The notes under the pieces were generated by a model. It was not told the origin of the DNA. It ran no database searches and saw only the letters and a program-made list of their open reading frames with translations. The position numbers and the translations under genes are program-made. This document shows, piece by piece, positions 27,609 to 37,473 of a stretch of DNA of 64,000 nucleotides. The stretch comes from Parcubacteria group bacterium Gr01-1014_13 (GTDB taxonomy: Bacteria > Patescibacteriota > Patescibacteriia > Magasanikbacterales > GWA2-37-8): positions 182,643-246,642 of the forward strand of contig VMGB01000001.1 in assembly GCA_007376295.1 (NCBI GenBank). The letters run 5' to 3'. Position 1 is the stretch's first letter. The number at the start of each line of letters is the position of its first letter.

Positions 27609-29568
27609 ACTGTTTAACATTTCCGAAGACAAAATACAGCATGGTGATCTGGAAGGAAAATACAACCATAATTGGGTGGAGGAGTCTTTTAATTTCGAAG
27701 CTAAAGCGGGAAAACAAGTTCCTATATCTCATACCAAAACCTATCTCGGAACCAGTATTTTAAAAAAGAAGATTTTTTTTATGAGTTTGGTGGTAGCGAT
27801 TGGATTGGGGATTATAGCCGCTAGGACCGCTTACCTGCAAATAGTTCGCGGAAGTCACTATCGCGGTTTGGCCGAAGGAAACAGAATTCGTCTCCAGCCA
27901 ATATTTTCCGAACGGGGGATAATCTACGATAGATTTCATACCGAACTGGTAGAAAATGTGCCTAATTTTTCTTTGACAATGATTCCGCAGGATCTGCCGC
28001 GTGATTTGAAAAAACGTGAAGCTATTATTGATACAGTCGTAAATCTAAGCGGGGTACCTAAGGAAAAAATTCAGGATTTGTTGAAAAGATATAGTTCTTA
28101 CAGCTACGCTTCTTTAGTTGTTAAAGAAAATTTAGACTACCAATCAGCTCTGAAACTATATATCCAAAGCTCTCAGCTCCCCGGTATATCCATAGAAAAA
28201 GGAAGTAAGCGCAAATACATTGCCGGCGATAGCGCAACCAGCAGCGTTTCTAGCGCTTCCCACTTTCTTGGTTACTTGGCAAAACTTAACGATGAAGAAA
28301 TAGAAAAGTTAAAGGATAAAGGGTATTTGCTTTTTGATAACATAGGAAAAAGCGGTTTAGAAAAAACTTATGAATCGGATTTACGTGGTAAGTATGGTAT
28401 TAAAAAAATAGAAGTTGATGCTTTAGGGCATGAACAAACTGTTCTCGCTGAAGAACCGCCTCAACCGGGCAAAAATTTAGTCTTGACTTTGGATTTGGAA
28501 GCTCAAAAAAAATTAGAGGAACTTCTGAAAAACATGCTGGTTAGAGCAAACAAAAAAAGAGCCGCCGCTGTCGCCATGGATCCGCGTGACGGATCTATTT
28601 TGGCTATGGTCAGCCTGCCTGCATTTGATAACAATGAATTTTCCGGAGGAATTACTCAAAAAAATTACAATACTTACATCAATAACCCCGATAACCCTTT
28701 GTTTAACCGGGCCATTGGTGGTACCTATCCTTCTGGCTCTACTGTTAAGCCAATAGTTTCTGCGGCTGCTCTGCAAGAAAAAATAATTACCGCTAACACT
28801 ACTTTTTTAAGTACGGGTGGATTACAGCTTGGCGATCGTTTTTTTAGAGACTGGAAACCTGGTGGCCATGGCACTACAGATGTCAAAAGAGCCTTGGCCT
28901 GGTCTGTTAATACTTTTTATTACTATATTGGCGGGGGATACAAAAGTTTTGTCGGGTTAGGCGTTGATAGGATTATAAAATACATGCAATACTTTGGTAT
29001 TGCGCAAAAAAGTGGCATAGATATACCCGGTGAAGCCACCGGATTTGTACCTAGCAAGGAATGGAAATCAAAAACCAAGGGAGAAATTTGGTTTGTCGGA
29101 GATACCTATAATTTATCAATTGGACAGGGTGATTTATTGGTTACACCTTTACAAGTCGCGGTCTGGACAGCGGCGGTAGCCAATGGTGGCCAACTAGTTC
29201 AGCCCCATTTGGCAGATAAGCTAGAAGAGCCTGTAACCGACAAGGAAGTGTCTTTAAAGTTTAATAAACAGAGTGTGCCTATCTCGCCGGAAAACTTTGC
29301 TATAGTCCGCCAGGGCATGAAGGACTGCGTCTCCTACGGGAGTTGTCAGATGATGAAGAGCTTGCCATTTGCTTCAGGTGGAAAGACCGGTACGGCTCAA
29401 TGGAACTCTAATAAAGAAAACCATGCATGGTTCACTGCTTTTGCCCCATTTGATTCCCCAAAAATAGTGGTCACCGTGCTCATTGAAGAAGGGGTAGAAG
29501 GAGCTGTAGTGGCCGAACCAGTGGCCAGGGATTTTCTTGCCTGGTGGGGTAAAAAATACCCAAACTAA
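27601..29568 (+). CDS. mrdA: Penicillin-binding protein 2 (elongasome transpeptidase)
   Basis: N-terminal TM helix, dimerisation domain, SxxK (STVK), SxN and KTG (GKTGTA) transpeptidase motifs. Confidence 0.85.
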   Translation: MAELFNISEDKIQHGDLEGKYNHNWVEESFNFEAKAGKQVPISHTKTYLGTSILKKKIFFMSLVVAIGLGIIAARTAYLQIVRGSHYRGLAEGNRIRLQPIFSERGIIYDRFHTELVENVPNFSLTMIPQDLPRDLKKREAIIDTVVNLSGVPKEKIQDLLKRYSSYSYASLVVKENLDYQSALKLYIQSSQLPGISIEKGSKRKYIAGDSATSSVSSASHFLGYLAKLNDEEIEKLKDKGYLLFDNIGKSGLEKTYESDLRGKYGIKKIEVDALGHEQTVLAEEPPQPGKNLVLTLDLEAQKKLEELLKNMLVRANKKRAAAVAMDPRDGSILAMVSLPAFDNNEFSGGITQKNYNTYINNPDNPLFNRAIGGTYPSGSTVKPIVSAAALQEKIITANTTFLSTGGLQLGDRFFRDWKPGGHGTTDVKRALAWSVNTFYYYIGGGYKSFVGLGVDRIIKYMQYFGIAQKSGIDIPGEATGFVPSKEWKSKTKGEIWFVGDTYNLSIGQGDLLVTPLQVAVWTAAVANGGQLVQPHLADKLEEPVTDKEVSLKFNKQSVPISPENFAIVRQGMKDCVSYGSCQMMKSLPFASGGKTGTAQWNSNKENHAWFTAFAPFDSPKIVVTVLIEEGVEGAVVAEPVARDFLAWWGKKYPN

Positions 29569-29653
29569 TTCTTCTTTACTCGCCCCCATTAACTGTGTTA
29601 TACTTTTTATGATAATTACCCTTAATTTAAAGGGATAAGATTGCTATTTTCCT

Positions 29654-30124
29654 ATGACAAATGACAAAGTTCAGTACCTCACGCCTCAAGGATTAGAAGA
29701 CCTCAAAGAAGAATTTGAAATTTTAAAAAACAAAAAAATTCCGGACATTGCCAATCTTATCGATGAAGCCAAACAGCAAGGCGATTTATCGGAAAATGCG
29801 GAATACCAACAAGCCAAAGAAGAAATGGCTTGGGCTCAAGGACGTTTGCAGGAACTACGATATCTTTTGGATAATGCTCAAGTAATGGAATCGACGCAAA
29901 ACAAACAGGATATGGTAATGGTCGGCAGTACGATTGTAATAAAAAATAGTACCACCACAAAGTCTTATACTATTGTTGGTCCGCGCGAAGCCAGCCCTCT
30001 GGAAGGAAAAATTTCCAACGAATCTCCTTTGGGAGAATCTTTTCTGGGGCACAAAGTTGGTGATAAAGTTGTTGTTACTACGCCGGCTGGCAAACAAACT
30101 TATGAAATTTTAGAAATAAAGTGA
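29654..30124 (+). CDS. greA: Transcription elongation factor GreA
   Basis: YLTPQGLEDLKEEFEILKN...GDLSENAEYQQAKEEMAWAQGRLQEL coiled coil plus FKBP-like C-domain. Confidence 0.85.
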   Translation: MTNDKVQYLTPQGLEDLKEEFEILKNKKIPDIANLIDEAKQQGDLSENAEYQQAKEEMAWAQGRLQELRYLLDNAQVMESTQNKQDMVMVGSTIVIKNSTTTKSYTIVGPREASPLEGKISNESPLGESFLGHKVGDKVVVTTPAGKQTYEILEIK

Positions 30125-30128
30125 TAAT

Positions 30129-31592
30129 ATGTCAGATCAAATCAAAGAAGATGTAGTTCGATTAGAAAGGTTGGAGCACCTACGTTCTTTGGGGATTAAT
30201 CCTTACCCAAGCAATACTGAAGATAGAATTTCCACTAAAGAAGCTCTGTCAAAACCGGAAAAAACCCAAGTAAAAGTTGCTGGCAGACTGATTTCCAAAA
30301 GAGAAATGGGGAAAATTAGTTTTTCTCATTTGAAAGACGAAAGCGGAAAAATCCAATTGGCTTTTTCAGAAAAAGAACTGGGGAAAGATAGTTATAAATT
30401 ATTTATAAAATATTTTGATTTAGGTGATTTTCTCCATGTAGAGGGTGAGATTTTTGTAACTCATAAAGGTGAGCTAAGTATTTTGGTAAAAAAATACGAA
30501 CTTCTTACCAAGACGTTATTGCCGTTGCCGGAAAAATTTCATGGGTTAGCAGATATAGAAATAAGATACAGACAAAAATATCTGGATCTGATTGCAAACG
30601 AAGACTCAATGAAAATTGCTAAAACACGTAGTTTAATCGTACGCGAAATCAGAAAATATTTTGATAATAATGGTTTTTTTGAAGTAGAGACTCCAGTTCT
30701 TCAGTCGTTATATGGCGGGGCAGCGGCTAAACCCTTTAAAACTCACCATAATGCCCTAGATATTCCACTTTTTCTTCGTATTGCCCCAGAACTATACTTA
30801 AAACGCCTGATTGTGGGCGGATTTGAAAAAGTATATGAAGTAGCTAAATGCTTCCGTAATGAAGGTATAGACAACAATCATAATCCAGAATTTACTCAAG
30901 TAGAATTTTATTGGGCTTATGCAGATTACAATGACTTGATGAATTTGATAGAAGATTTGCTTCCCAAAGTTATTCAAGCCGCTGGTTTACCGCTCAAATT
31001 CAAAGCACATGACAAAGAAGTTGATTTTACCCCGCCTTACCCGCGTCAAACCATGCGAGAAATAATCAAGGAATACGCGAAAATTGATATTGAAGAATTT
31101 CCTGATCAAAAATCTTTGTATGCAAAAATAAAAAAATTAAATATTGAAGGCGTTGATGCTAAAACTGGTTATGGAAAAATGGTTGATGAAATATATAAGA
31201 CTTATGCACGACCAAAAATTATCAATCCAGTTTTCATGATTGATCACCCGGTAGAACTTTCTCCATTAGCCAAACGCAAAACAGATAATCCAAAATATGT
31301 GGAACGCATGCAATTGGTTTGCGTTGGTGGTAATGAGTTATGCAATGGTTTTTCTGAATTAAATGATCCGCTTGATCAAGAAGCAAGATTTAAAGATCAA
31401 GAACGTCTACATGCTGCCGGTGACGAAGAGAGTATGCCATACGATGAAGATTATATTATCGCTCTTAAACACGGTATGCCGCCAACGGCTGGCTTGGGAA
31501 TGGGTATAGATCGATTGGTAAAACTGCTCGTTGACGCTCCAAACCTAAAAGAAGTAATACTTTTTCCTATATTAAAACCAGAAAAGCAATAG
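30129..31592 (+). CDS. lysS: Lysine--tRNA ligase (class II)
   Basis: OB-fold N-domain and class II motifs (FRNEGIDNNHNPEFTQVEFYWAY, GLGMGIDRLVKLL). Confidence 0.95.
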   Translation: MSDQIKEDVVRLERLEHLRSLGINPYPSNTEDRISTKEALSKPEKTQVKVAGRLISKREMGKISFSHLKDESGKIQLAFSEKELGKDSYKLFIKYFDLGDFLHVEGEIFVTHKGELSILVKKYELLTKTLLPLPEKFHGLADIEIRYRQKYLDLIANEDSMKIAKTRSLIVREIRKYFDNNGFFEVETPVLQSLYGGAAAKPFKTHHNALDIPLFLRIAPELYLKRLIVGGFEKVYEVAKCFRNEGIDNNHNPEFTQVEFYWAYADYNDLMNLIEDLLPKVIQAAGLPLKFKAHDKEVDFTPPYPRQTMREIIKEYAKIDIEEFPDQKSLYAKIKKLNIEGVDAKTGYGKMVDEIYKTYARPKIINPVFMIDHPVELSPLAKRKTDNPKYVERMQLVCVGGNELCNGFSELNDPLDQEARFKDQERLHAAGDEESMPYDEDYIIALKHGMPPTAGLGMGIDRLVKLLVDAPNLKEVILFPILKPEKQ

Positions 31593-31594
31593 GT

Positions 31595-32014
31595 ATGAAA
31601 AAAGTGTTAGCTTTTGGTACTTTTGATATTTTGCATCCAGGACATATGCATGTGCTAGAGGCCGCTAAAAAACTGGGAGACCACCTAACGGTAATTATAG
31701 CCAGGGATGCTACAGTGCTAAAGGTAAAAGGACAAGAACCTGTATTCAACGAAAAAACTAGGTTAAAGAATTTAAAAAAACTAAATATTGCCGACAAGGT
31801 GCGTCTTGGCAGTCTCGGAAATAAGTATCAGGTTATAATAGACGAAAAACCAGACATAATTGCTTTGGGGTATGATCAAAAGTTTTTTGTGGACGATCTA
31901 AAAAATTTTGTCGGTAAAGATATTCGGATTGTGCGTTTAAAGTCGTATAAACCAAAAATACATAAGAGTTCAAAGATGAGAGGCCTGTATGAGAAAAATT
32001 CTAATAGCCACTAG
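31595..32014 (+). CDS. Cytidylyltransferase-like nucleotidyltransferase (RibL/TagD-like, HxGH motif)
   Basis: FGTFDILHPGHMHVLEAAKKLGDHLTVIIARD matches the CTP_transf_like HIGH-type motif. Confidence 0.65.
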   Translation: MKKVLAFGTFDILHPGHMHVLEAAKKLGDHLTVIIARDATVLKVKGQEPVFNEKTRLKNLKKLNIADKVRLGSLGNKYQVIIDEKPDIIALGYDQKFFVDDLKNFVGKDIRIVRLKSYKPKIHKSSKMRGLYEKNSNSH

Positions 32015-33020
32015 CAATATCGGAAAATTTACAGAAATTACTGCGGAATTAGAAGACCTGCAATTTAAGTTTGTTAATTTAAAAGATCTTAAATTAGATA
32101 AATTTGAAGTAGAAGAACCGCATAGCACTACTTGGCAAAATGCTTTAGAAAAAGCAAAGTTTTTTGCAAAAAAAAGCGGACTGCTTACCGTAGCTGAAGA
32201 CACAGGTTTATTTGTAGATCACTTAGACGGAGCGCCAGGTGTAAAATCAAAACGTTATGGCGCTACGAGTCTAGAAAGAAACGAAAAACTTTTGGCCGAA
32301 TTAAAAAATGTTCCAGATGAAAAAAGAGGCGCTTATTTTGAAACCGCTGGCTGTATTTATAATCCTGGCAATGATAATTTTTCCATTTTTATTGGTAAAG
32401 CACGGGGAGTAATCACAAAAAAAATTAATCAAGCATCAAGACAGGGTATGAGTTTTGATTCTATTTTTTATTATCCACCTCTTAAAAAAACTTTTGCCGA
32501 ACTATCGATGTTAGATAAAAATAGAGCGAGTCACCGCGGACAGATGGTTGTTCAATTAAAAATTTATTTAATGACTCACTATTCTTTAAAGCAAGTAATT
32601 TGTGCTGCCGGAATAATTGTTAAAGACCGTAAAATGTTAATGACCAAACGCCGTGATTTACGTCCAGCTTTTAATAATAAATGGGAATTTCCAGGCGGGG
32701 GAGTAGAGAATGGAGAAACTTTTGATGAAACTTTGTACAGAGAAGTAACTGAGGAAACTGGTTATAAAATACAAAAAATAGAGCAACTACCTGATATTCT
32801 TACTGCCACAGCTCTTAACAGTAAGGAGAGTTATCAAGTACATCTTTTTATGTCTGTGTGTAAAATAAAATCAGGTAAATTTAATCCGGCTGATGCCGAA
32901 ACTAGCGGACACGGTTGGTTTACTTATCAAGAAGCATTAAAAATGCCTATGTTACCGTTGAACAAAAAAGTTATTCAATCAACAGTAAATAAAAAAATAT
33001 TAAAAAAATACATAGATTAA
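31989..33020 (+). CDS. Fusion protein: RdgB/HAM1-type non-canonical purine NTP pyrophosphatase plus a C-terminal NUDIX hydrolase
   Basis: HAM1 motifs ILIATSNIGKFTE and EDTGLFVDHLDGAPGVKSKRY. NUDIX box GGGVENGETFDETLYREVTEETGY. Confidence 0.75.
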   Translation: MRKILIATSNIGKFTEITAELEDLQFKFVNLKDLKLDKFEVEEPHSTTWQNALEKAKFFAKKSGLLTVAEDTGLFVDHLDGAPGVKSKRYGATSLERNEKLLAELKNVPDEKRGAYFETAGCIYNPGNDNFSIFIGKARGVITKKINQASRQGMSFDSIFYYPPLKKTFAELSMLDKNRASHRGQMVVQLKIYLMTHYSLKQVICAAGIIVKDRKMLMTKRRDLRPAFNNKWEFPGGGVENGETFDETLYREVTEETGYKIQKIEQLPDILTATALNSKESYQVHLFMSVCKIKSGKFNPADAETSGHGWFTYQEALKMPMLPLNKKVIQSTVNKKILKKYID

Positions 33021-33023
33021 TAT

Positions 33024-34277
33024 ATGTTAGACATAAAATTTATCCGCGACAACAAAGAATTGGTTAAAGAAAATTGCAAAAACCGCAATGTGAATATAGA
33101 TATTGATCTATTGTTGAATTTGGATAATGAGAGGCGTGCCGGGTTAAAAGAAGTAGAAACCCTGCGTGCTTTACGCAATAACAAATCCAAAGGTAAGCCA
33201 ACTGAAGAAGAAATTGCTAAACTTCGTCAGGTGGGTGAAGAAATATCAGGATTAGAGAAAAAAATGGAAGATATTGAAAATAAATACCGTGAATTATTAT
33301 ACAAGGTCCCGAATCTTACCCACCCCGAAACTCCTATGGGAGGGGAGAGTGATTTTAAAGTTATTCATACTAGCGCTAGCCCAAAACCATTTAAATTTAT
33401 TCCAAAAAATCACGAGGAATTAATGCTCAATCTTGATCTGATAGATTTTGAAAGAGGCGCCAAGGTAGCTGCTGCAAAATTTTATTTTTCTAAAAATAAT
33501 TTAGTTCGCCTAAATCAGGCTTTATTAAATTACGGGATAGATATGCTGACCAAGAACGGATATACCTTGGTGGAAACTCCAGACGTAGCAAAAAATGAAA
33601 TTTTGGCCGGGGTTGGTTTTAATCCCCGTGGTGAAGAAACTCAAGTTTATTCTCTAGAAAATACAGATTTAAGCTTAATTGGAACTGCGGAAATAACTAT
33701 GGGTGGCTATCATGCCCAAGAGGTATTGGATTTAAGTAAAGGGCCAAAAAAATATGTAGCTTTATCACATTGTTTTCGAACCGAAGCTGGCGCTTACGGC
33801 AAAACCAATAAGGGTCTTTACCGAGTGCATCAATTTACAAAATTAGAGATGTTTATTTACTGTAAACCTGAGGATAGTGAAAAAATGCATTTAGAATTGT
33901 TGAGCATGGAGAAAAAAATTGCTGACGGACTAAAGCTTCCTTATCGCGTAATCGAAGTGGCTAGTGGGGATTTAGGCGGCCCTGCATACAGAAAGTATGA
34001 CATTGAAGCCTGGATGGTGATGAACGCAGAAAATGATCAACAGGGCGGATATGGTGAAATAACTAGTACCAGTAATTGTACCGACTATCAATCTCGCAGA
34101 CTAAATATAAAGTATCGTAAAGAAAATGGCGAAACCGAATTTATGCATACGCTAAATGGTACCGCTATAGTTACTAGTCGTTTTCCTTTAGCTATAGTAG
34201 AGAATTTCCAACAAAAAGACGGCAGTGTTTTAGTGCCAAAAGTTTTACAAAAGTATACCGGATTTAAAAAATTGTAA
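33024..34277 (+). CDS. serS: Serine--tRNA ligase
   Basis: N-terminal coiled-coil arm and class II core (FRTEAGAYGKTNKGLYRVHQFTKLEMF). Confidence 0.95.
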   Translation: MLDIKFIRDNKELVKENCKNRNVNIDIDLLLNLDNERRAGLKEVETLRALRNNKSKGKPTEEEIAKLRQVGEEISGLEKKMEDIENKYRELLYKVPNLTHPETPMGGESDFKVIHTSASPKPFKFIPKNHEELMLNLDLIDFERGAKVAAAKFYFSKNNLVRLNQALLNYGIDMLTKNGYTLVETPDVAKNEILAGVGFNPRGEETQVYSLENTDLSLIGTAEITMGGYHAQEVLDLSKGPKKYVALSHCFRTEAGAYGKTNKGLYRVHQFTKLEMFIYCKPEDSEKMHLELLSMEKKIADGLKLPYRVIEVASGDLGGPAYRKYDIEAWMVMNAENDQQGGYGEITSTSNCTDYQSRRLNIKYRKENGETEFMHTLNGTAIVTSRFPLAIVENFQQKDGSVLVPKVLQKYTGFKKL

Positions 34278-34294
34278 AAACAAAATAAAATAGT

Positions 34295-35398
34295 ATGCTT
34301 ACCTGGCTCGAAATCAATTCTCGGGCTATTCAACATAATTTGCGACAGTTCAAAAAAATTGCTGGTCGCAAGGTTTTGCTTATGCCAGTAATCAAAGCCA
34401 ACGCGTATGGACACGGATTTTTAAACGTAGCCAAAATTTTACAAAAAAATAAGGAAACAGACAGAGTTTGTGTGGCTAGCCTGGATGAAGCGCTGGAGCT
34501 GATAAAAAATAAACTTACCAAAAAACCAATAATGATTTTAAGCTTTTTTGATCAGGATGAAAAAAAATTAGCTTTAACTATAAAAAATAATGTTATTTTT
34601 CCTTTATACAGCTTGGAAAATGCCGGACTGCTAAACAAAGTAGGGGAGAGTACGGGCAAGAAAGTAAAAGTGCATCTTAAAATAGATACCGGCGCTTCCA
34701 GATTAGGAATTTTACCGAGAGAAGCCTTGGATTTTATAGATAAATTAAAAAAATATAAAAAATTATATTTAGAAGGGATATGGAGCCACTTCGCTTCTAG
34801 TGAAGATGATTTTACTTATACCAAGAATCAGCACGAAATTTTTCAATCAGTTTGTAAAAATTTAAAAGACCGTAATATTTTTATTCCTATCAGACATATT
34901 GCTTGTTCGGCCGCAACGCTGAGTTATAAGTTTACCCATGAAAACGCTTTGCGTTTGGGCTTGAGTCTGTATGGTTTATACCCAAGCTCCAAAAATAGCG
35001 CTATTCAATTAAAACCGGCTTTATCCTGGTATACCGCTATAATTCAAGTAAAAACCTTGCCAACAGGCACTAAAATCGGTTATGGAGGCACTTATACGAC
35101 TAAACGACCTACAAAAATAGCTGTTTTACCAGTGGGGTATTGGGATGGCTATGACCGCAGGCTTTCCAATCATGGGTATGTGCTTATCAAAGGCAAAAAA
35201 TGTCCTATATTAGGCCGAATTTGTATGAATATCTGTATGGTAGATGTCACTAATCTATCAGTAAAAGCAGGGGATAAAGTGGTGCTAGTAGGTAAAGATA
35301 AAACAAAGAATATTTCGGTTGATGATCTCGCCAAATGGTGCGGCACTATCAACTACGAAATAGTAGACAGAATCAATCCGTTACTACCAAGAGTATGA
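34295..35398 (+). CDS. alr: Alanine racemase
   Basis: PLP-lysine motif VIKANAYGHG and a C-terminal beta-domain. Confidence 0.9.
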   Translation: MLTWLEINSRAIQHNLRQFKKIAGRKVLLMPVIKANAYGHGFLNVAKILQKNKETDRVCVASLDEALELIKNKLTKKPIMILSFFDQDEKKLALTIKNNVIFPLYSLENAGLLNKVGESTGKKVKVHLKIDTGASRLGILPREALDFIDKLKKYKKLYLEGIWSHFASSEDDFTYTKNQHEIFQSVCKNLKDRNIFIPIRHIACSAATLSYKFTHENALRLGLSLYGLYPSSKNSAIQLKPALSWYTAIIQVKTLPTGTKIGYGGTYTTKRPTKIAVLPVGYWDGYDRRLSNHGYVLIKGKKCPILGRICMNICMVDVTNLSVKAGDKVVLVGKDKTKNISVDDLAKWCGTINYEIVDRINPLLPRV

Positions 35399-36399
35399 AG
35401 CATTTTCGTTCTGAATACGCTTTTCAAAAATATAAACCACATGTAAGTTGGCGCAAAAGATTTTTGCGGTTTTTTCGTAAAAAACAATATGTAATTCCAT
35501 CTTCTCAAGATTCGTTTCATTATAAAACAAATCCTTTTAAAGCGCATAAGAAACCGAGTAAGATTAAAATTAAAGTTATAATTTTTGTTATATTTTTGGT
35601 AGCTTGGGCTATCTGCTTAGCTTATATTCCTTATTTTAAAATCAGTAAAATTAATTATTCCGGATTAAATAATACTACAAGAAGCGAGCTGGATACATTT
35701 ATTTATACAAATTTTCTAAATAAAAAGAGTATTTTACCATTGAATGCTTACTTTTTTATTAATACTCCTAAAATATCTGGCGAGCTTTACAAAAAATTTC
35801 CTTTTGAAACTATAGAAGTAATAAAAACTTTTCCAAATCAATTAGATATAAAAATTAAAGAAAAAATTTCTTCTGTTATATACGACAATGGTAAGAAATA
35901 CTTTTTGTTGGATAGTGGGGGAACAGCTATTAAATATTTAAAAGATGTAGAGTCTTATGAAATAACAGAACAAATTAGTACCAGCAGCTTTGATCTTTTG
36001 GCCTCCAGTACTATGCCTATAGCAAACACTTCTACAATCGAACACACTCCAGATTATAAAAAAATAAATAAACTATTTGGTAATTATCCTTTAGTTTACG
36101 ATCGACGTAGTTTTGAAGTTGAAATTAAACAAGAAAACATTTTACCTTCCGAACATATTGCCGCTATTATTAGTTGGTATAAAACTCTTACCGAACAGGG
36201 GATAGCAACCCCTAAATTCTTTGTTATAGACAACCTTAACTCCGGGATAGTGATAGATACGGCGGATTCCTGGGATATTTTATTCCAGCCAAAAAATAAT
36301 AACGATGCACAAATAAATACTCTAAAAGAAATTTTACCAACAATAAAACCACAGTATTACGTAGATCTTCGTTACGGAGAAAAAATTTACTGGAAGTAG
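35395..36399 (+). CDS. FtsQ/DivIB-like cell-division protein (POTRA domain). Start MKHFRSEY overlaps the alr stop (ATGA).
   Basis: Basic cytoplasmic N-terminus, single TM (IKVIIFVIFLVAWAICLAY), and a POTRA-like segment INYSGLNNTTRSELDTFI...FETIEVIKTFPNQLDIKIKEK. Confidence 0.5.
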   Translation: MKHFRSEYAFQKYKPHVSWRKRFLRFFRKKQYVIPSSQDSFHYKTNPFKAHKKPSKIKIKVIIFVIFLVAWAICLAYIPYFKISKINYSGLNNTTRSELDTFIYTNFLNKKSILPLNAYFFINTPKISGELYKKFPFETIEVIKTFPNQLDIKIKEKISSVIYDNGKKYFLLDSGGTAIKYLKDVESYEITEQISTSSFDLLASSTMPIANTSTIEHTPDYKKINKLFGNYPLVYDRRSFEVEIKQENILPSEHIAAIISWYKTLTEQGIATPKFFVIDNLNSGIVIDTADSWDILFQPKNNNDAQINTLKEILPTIKPQYYVDLRYGEKIYWK

Positions 36400-36507
36400 A
36401 GAGGGGAAGGGCTTATTTGATTGAAATGTAGTTGTTTGGTATTATATACTTAACGTCGTATAACATAGATTAAGCGACTATATACTCGATTTAACCTAAC
36501 TCACCAT

Positions 36508-37470
36508 ATGCATAAATCCAATCAACCTATAGCCCAACATGTCCTCGCCTTTCTCGAATACTGCGAGGTGGAAAAAGGTTTAAGCCCTGTCTCCACTCGT
36601 AACTACGACAATTTCTTAAAAACCTTTATAAAGTGGCTTGACGAGTCAAAATTTTCGAGTTTAAAGCCTCACGAGCTTAATCCTGAGCATATTTGGTCAT
36701 ATCGCGTATATTTGTCGCGTAAAAAGGATGTTAAGGGTAAATATACCAAAAAAACGACCCAAAACTATTATCTTATAGCCATCCGTAATCTATTGAACTA
36801 TTTTGCCGAAAAAGATATAGTTTCCCTGCCTTCGGAAAAAATTAAGCTGCCAAAATTAACGGACAAAGATAAAACAATAAAATTTTTAAAATTCGAACAA
36901 ATAGAAAAATTAATGAAAATGCCTGATACTTCTACGCCTGAAGGTTTACGCGATCGAGCTATTTTAGAAACATTGTTCTCTACCGGTATGCGGGTATCAG
37001 AGTTAACGTCGCTTAATATAACACAGTTTAATAAAGAGAATTTAGTAAAAGGAAAATTTGATGATCAAGAATTAAGTATCTCCGGTAAAGGTGGATCCAC
37101 CAGAACTGTATATTTTTCTAACCGAACTCTAAAATGTTTAGCTGACTACATTAAAGCCAGAAAAGATATGTTTACTCCTCTCTTTGTTAATTACAAAAAA
37201 GACGATGACGACAAAGAGCATCGCTTAACTCAAAGATCTGTCGAAAGACTGGTGCGAAAATATGCCACTATGGCTGGTTTGCCAGTAGAAGCTACGCCAC
37301 ATACCTTGCGACATAGTTTTGCTACGGATTTACTTCAGCAAGGAGCGGACATGCGCTCAGTGCAAGAGCTTCTTGGTCACAAAAATATTGTTACCACTCA
37401 AATTTATACCCATCTTACCAACCCTCACTTGCGGGACATCCACAAAAAATTTCACAGCGGAAAAAATTAA
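36508..37470 (+). CDS. Tyrosine site-specific recombinase (XerC/XerD family)
   Basis: C-terminal catalytic motifs ...LRHSFATDLLQQGADMRSVQELLGHKNIVTTQIYTHL, the R-H-R-Y family signature. Confidence 0.85.
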   Translation: MHKSNQPIAQHVLAFLEYCEVEKGLSPVSTRNYDNFLKTFIKWLDESKFSSLKPHELNPEHIWSYRVYLSRKKDVKGKYTKKTTQNYYLIAIRNLLNYFAEKDIVSLPSEKIKLPKLTDKDKTIKFLKFEQIEKLMKMPDTSTPEGLRDRAILETLFSTGMRVSELTSLNITQFNKENLVKGKFDDQELSISGKGGSTRTVYFSNRTLKCLADYIKARKDMFTPLFVNYKKDDDDKEHRLTQRSVERLVRKYATMAGLPVEATPHTLRHSFATDLLQQGADMRSVQELLGHKNIVTTQIYTHLTNPHLRDIHKKFHSGKN

Positions 37471-37473
37471 CAT

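Noticed and set aside
36400-36507. Looked for a dif-like 28-bp Xer site or tRNA next to the xerC/D-like recombinase, as evidence of an integrated element
   Set aside because: No convincing imperfect palindrome with a 6-bp core, and no tRNA gene, were found. The recombinase is most simply the chromosomal Xer.
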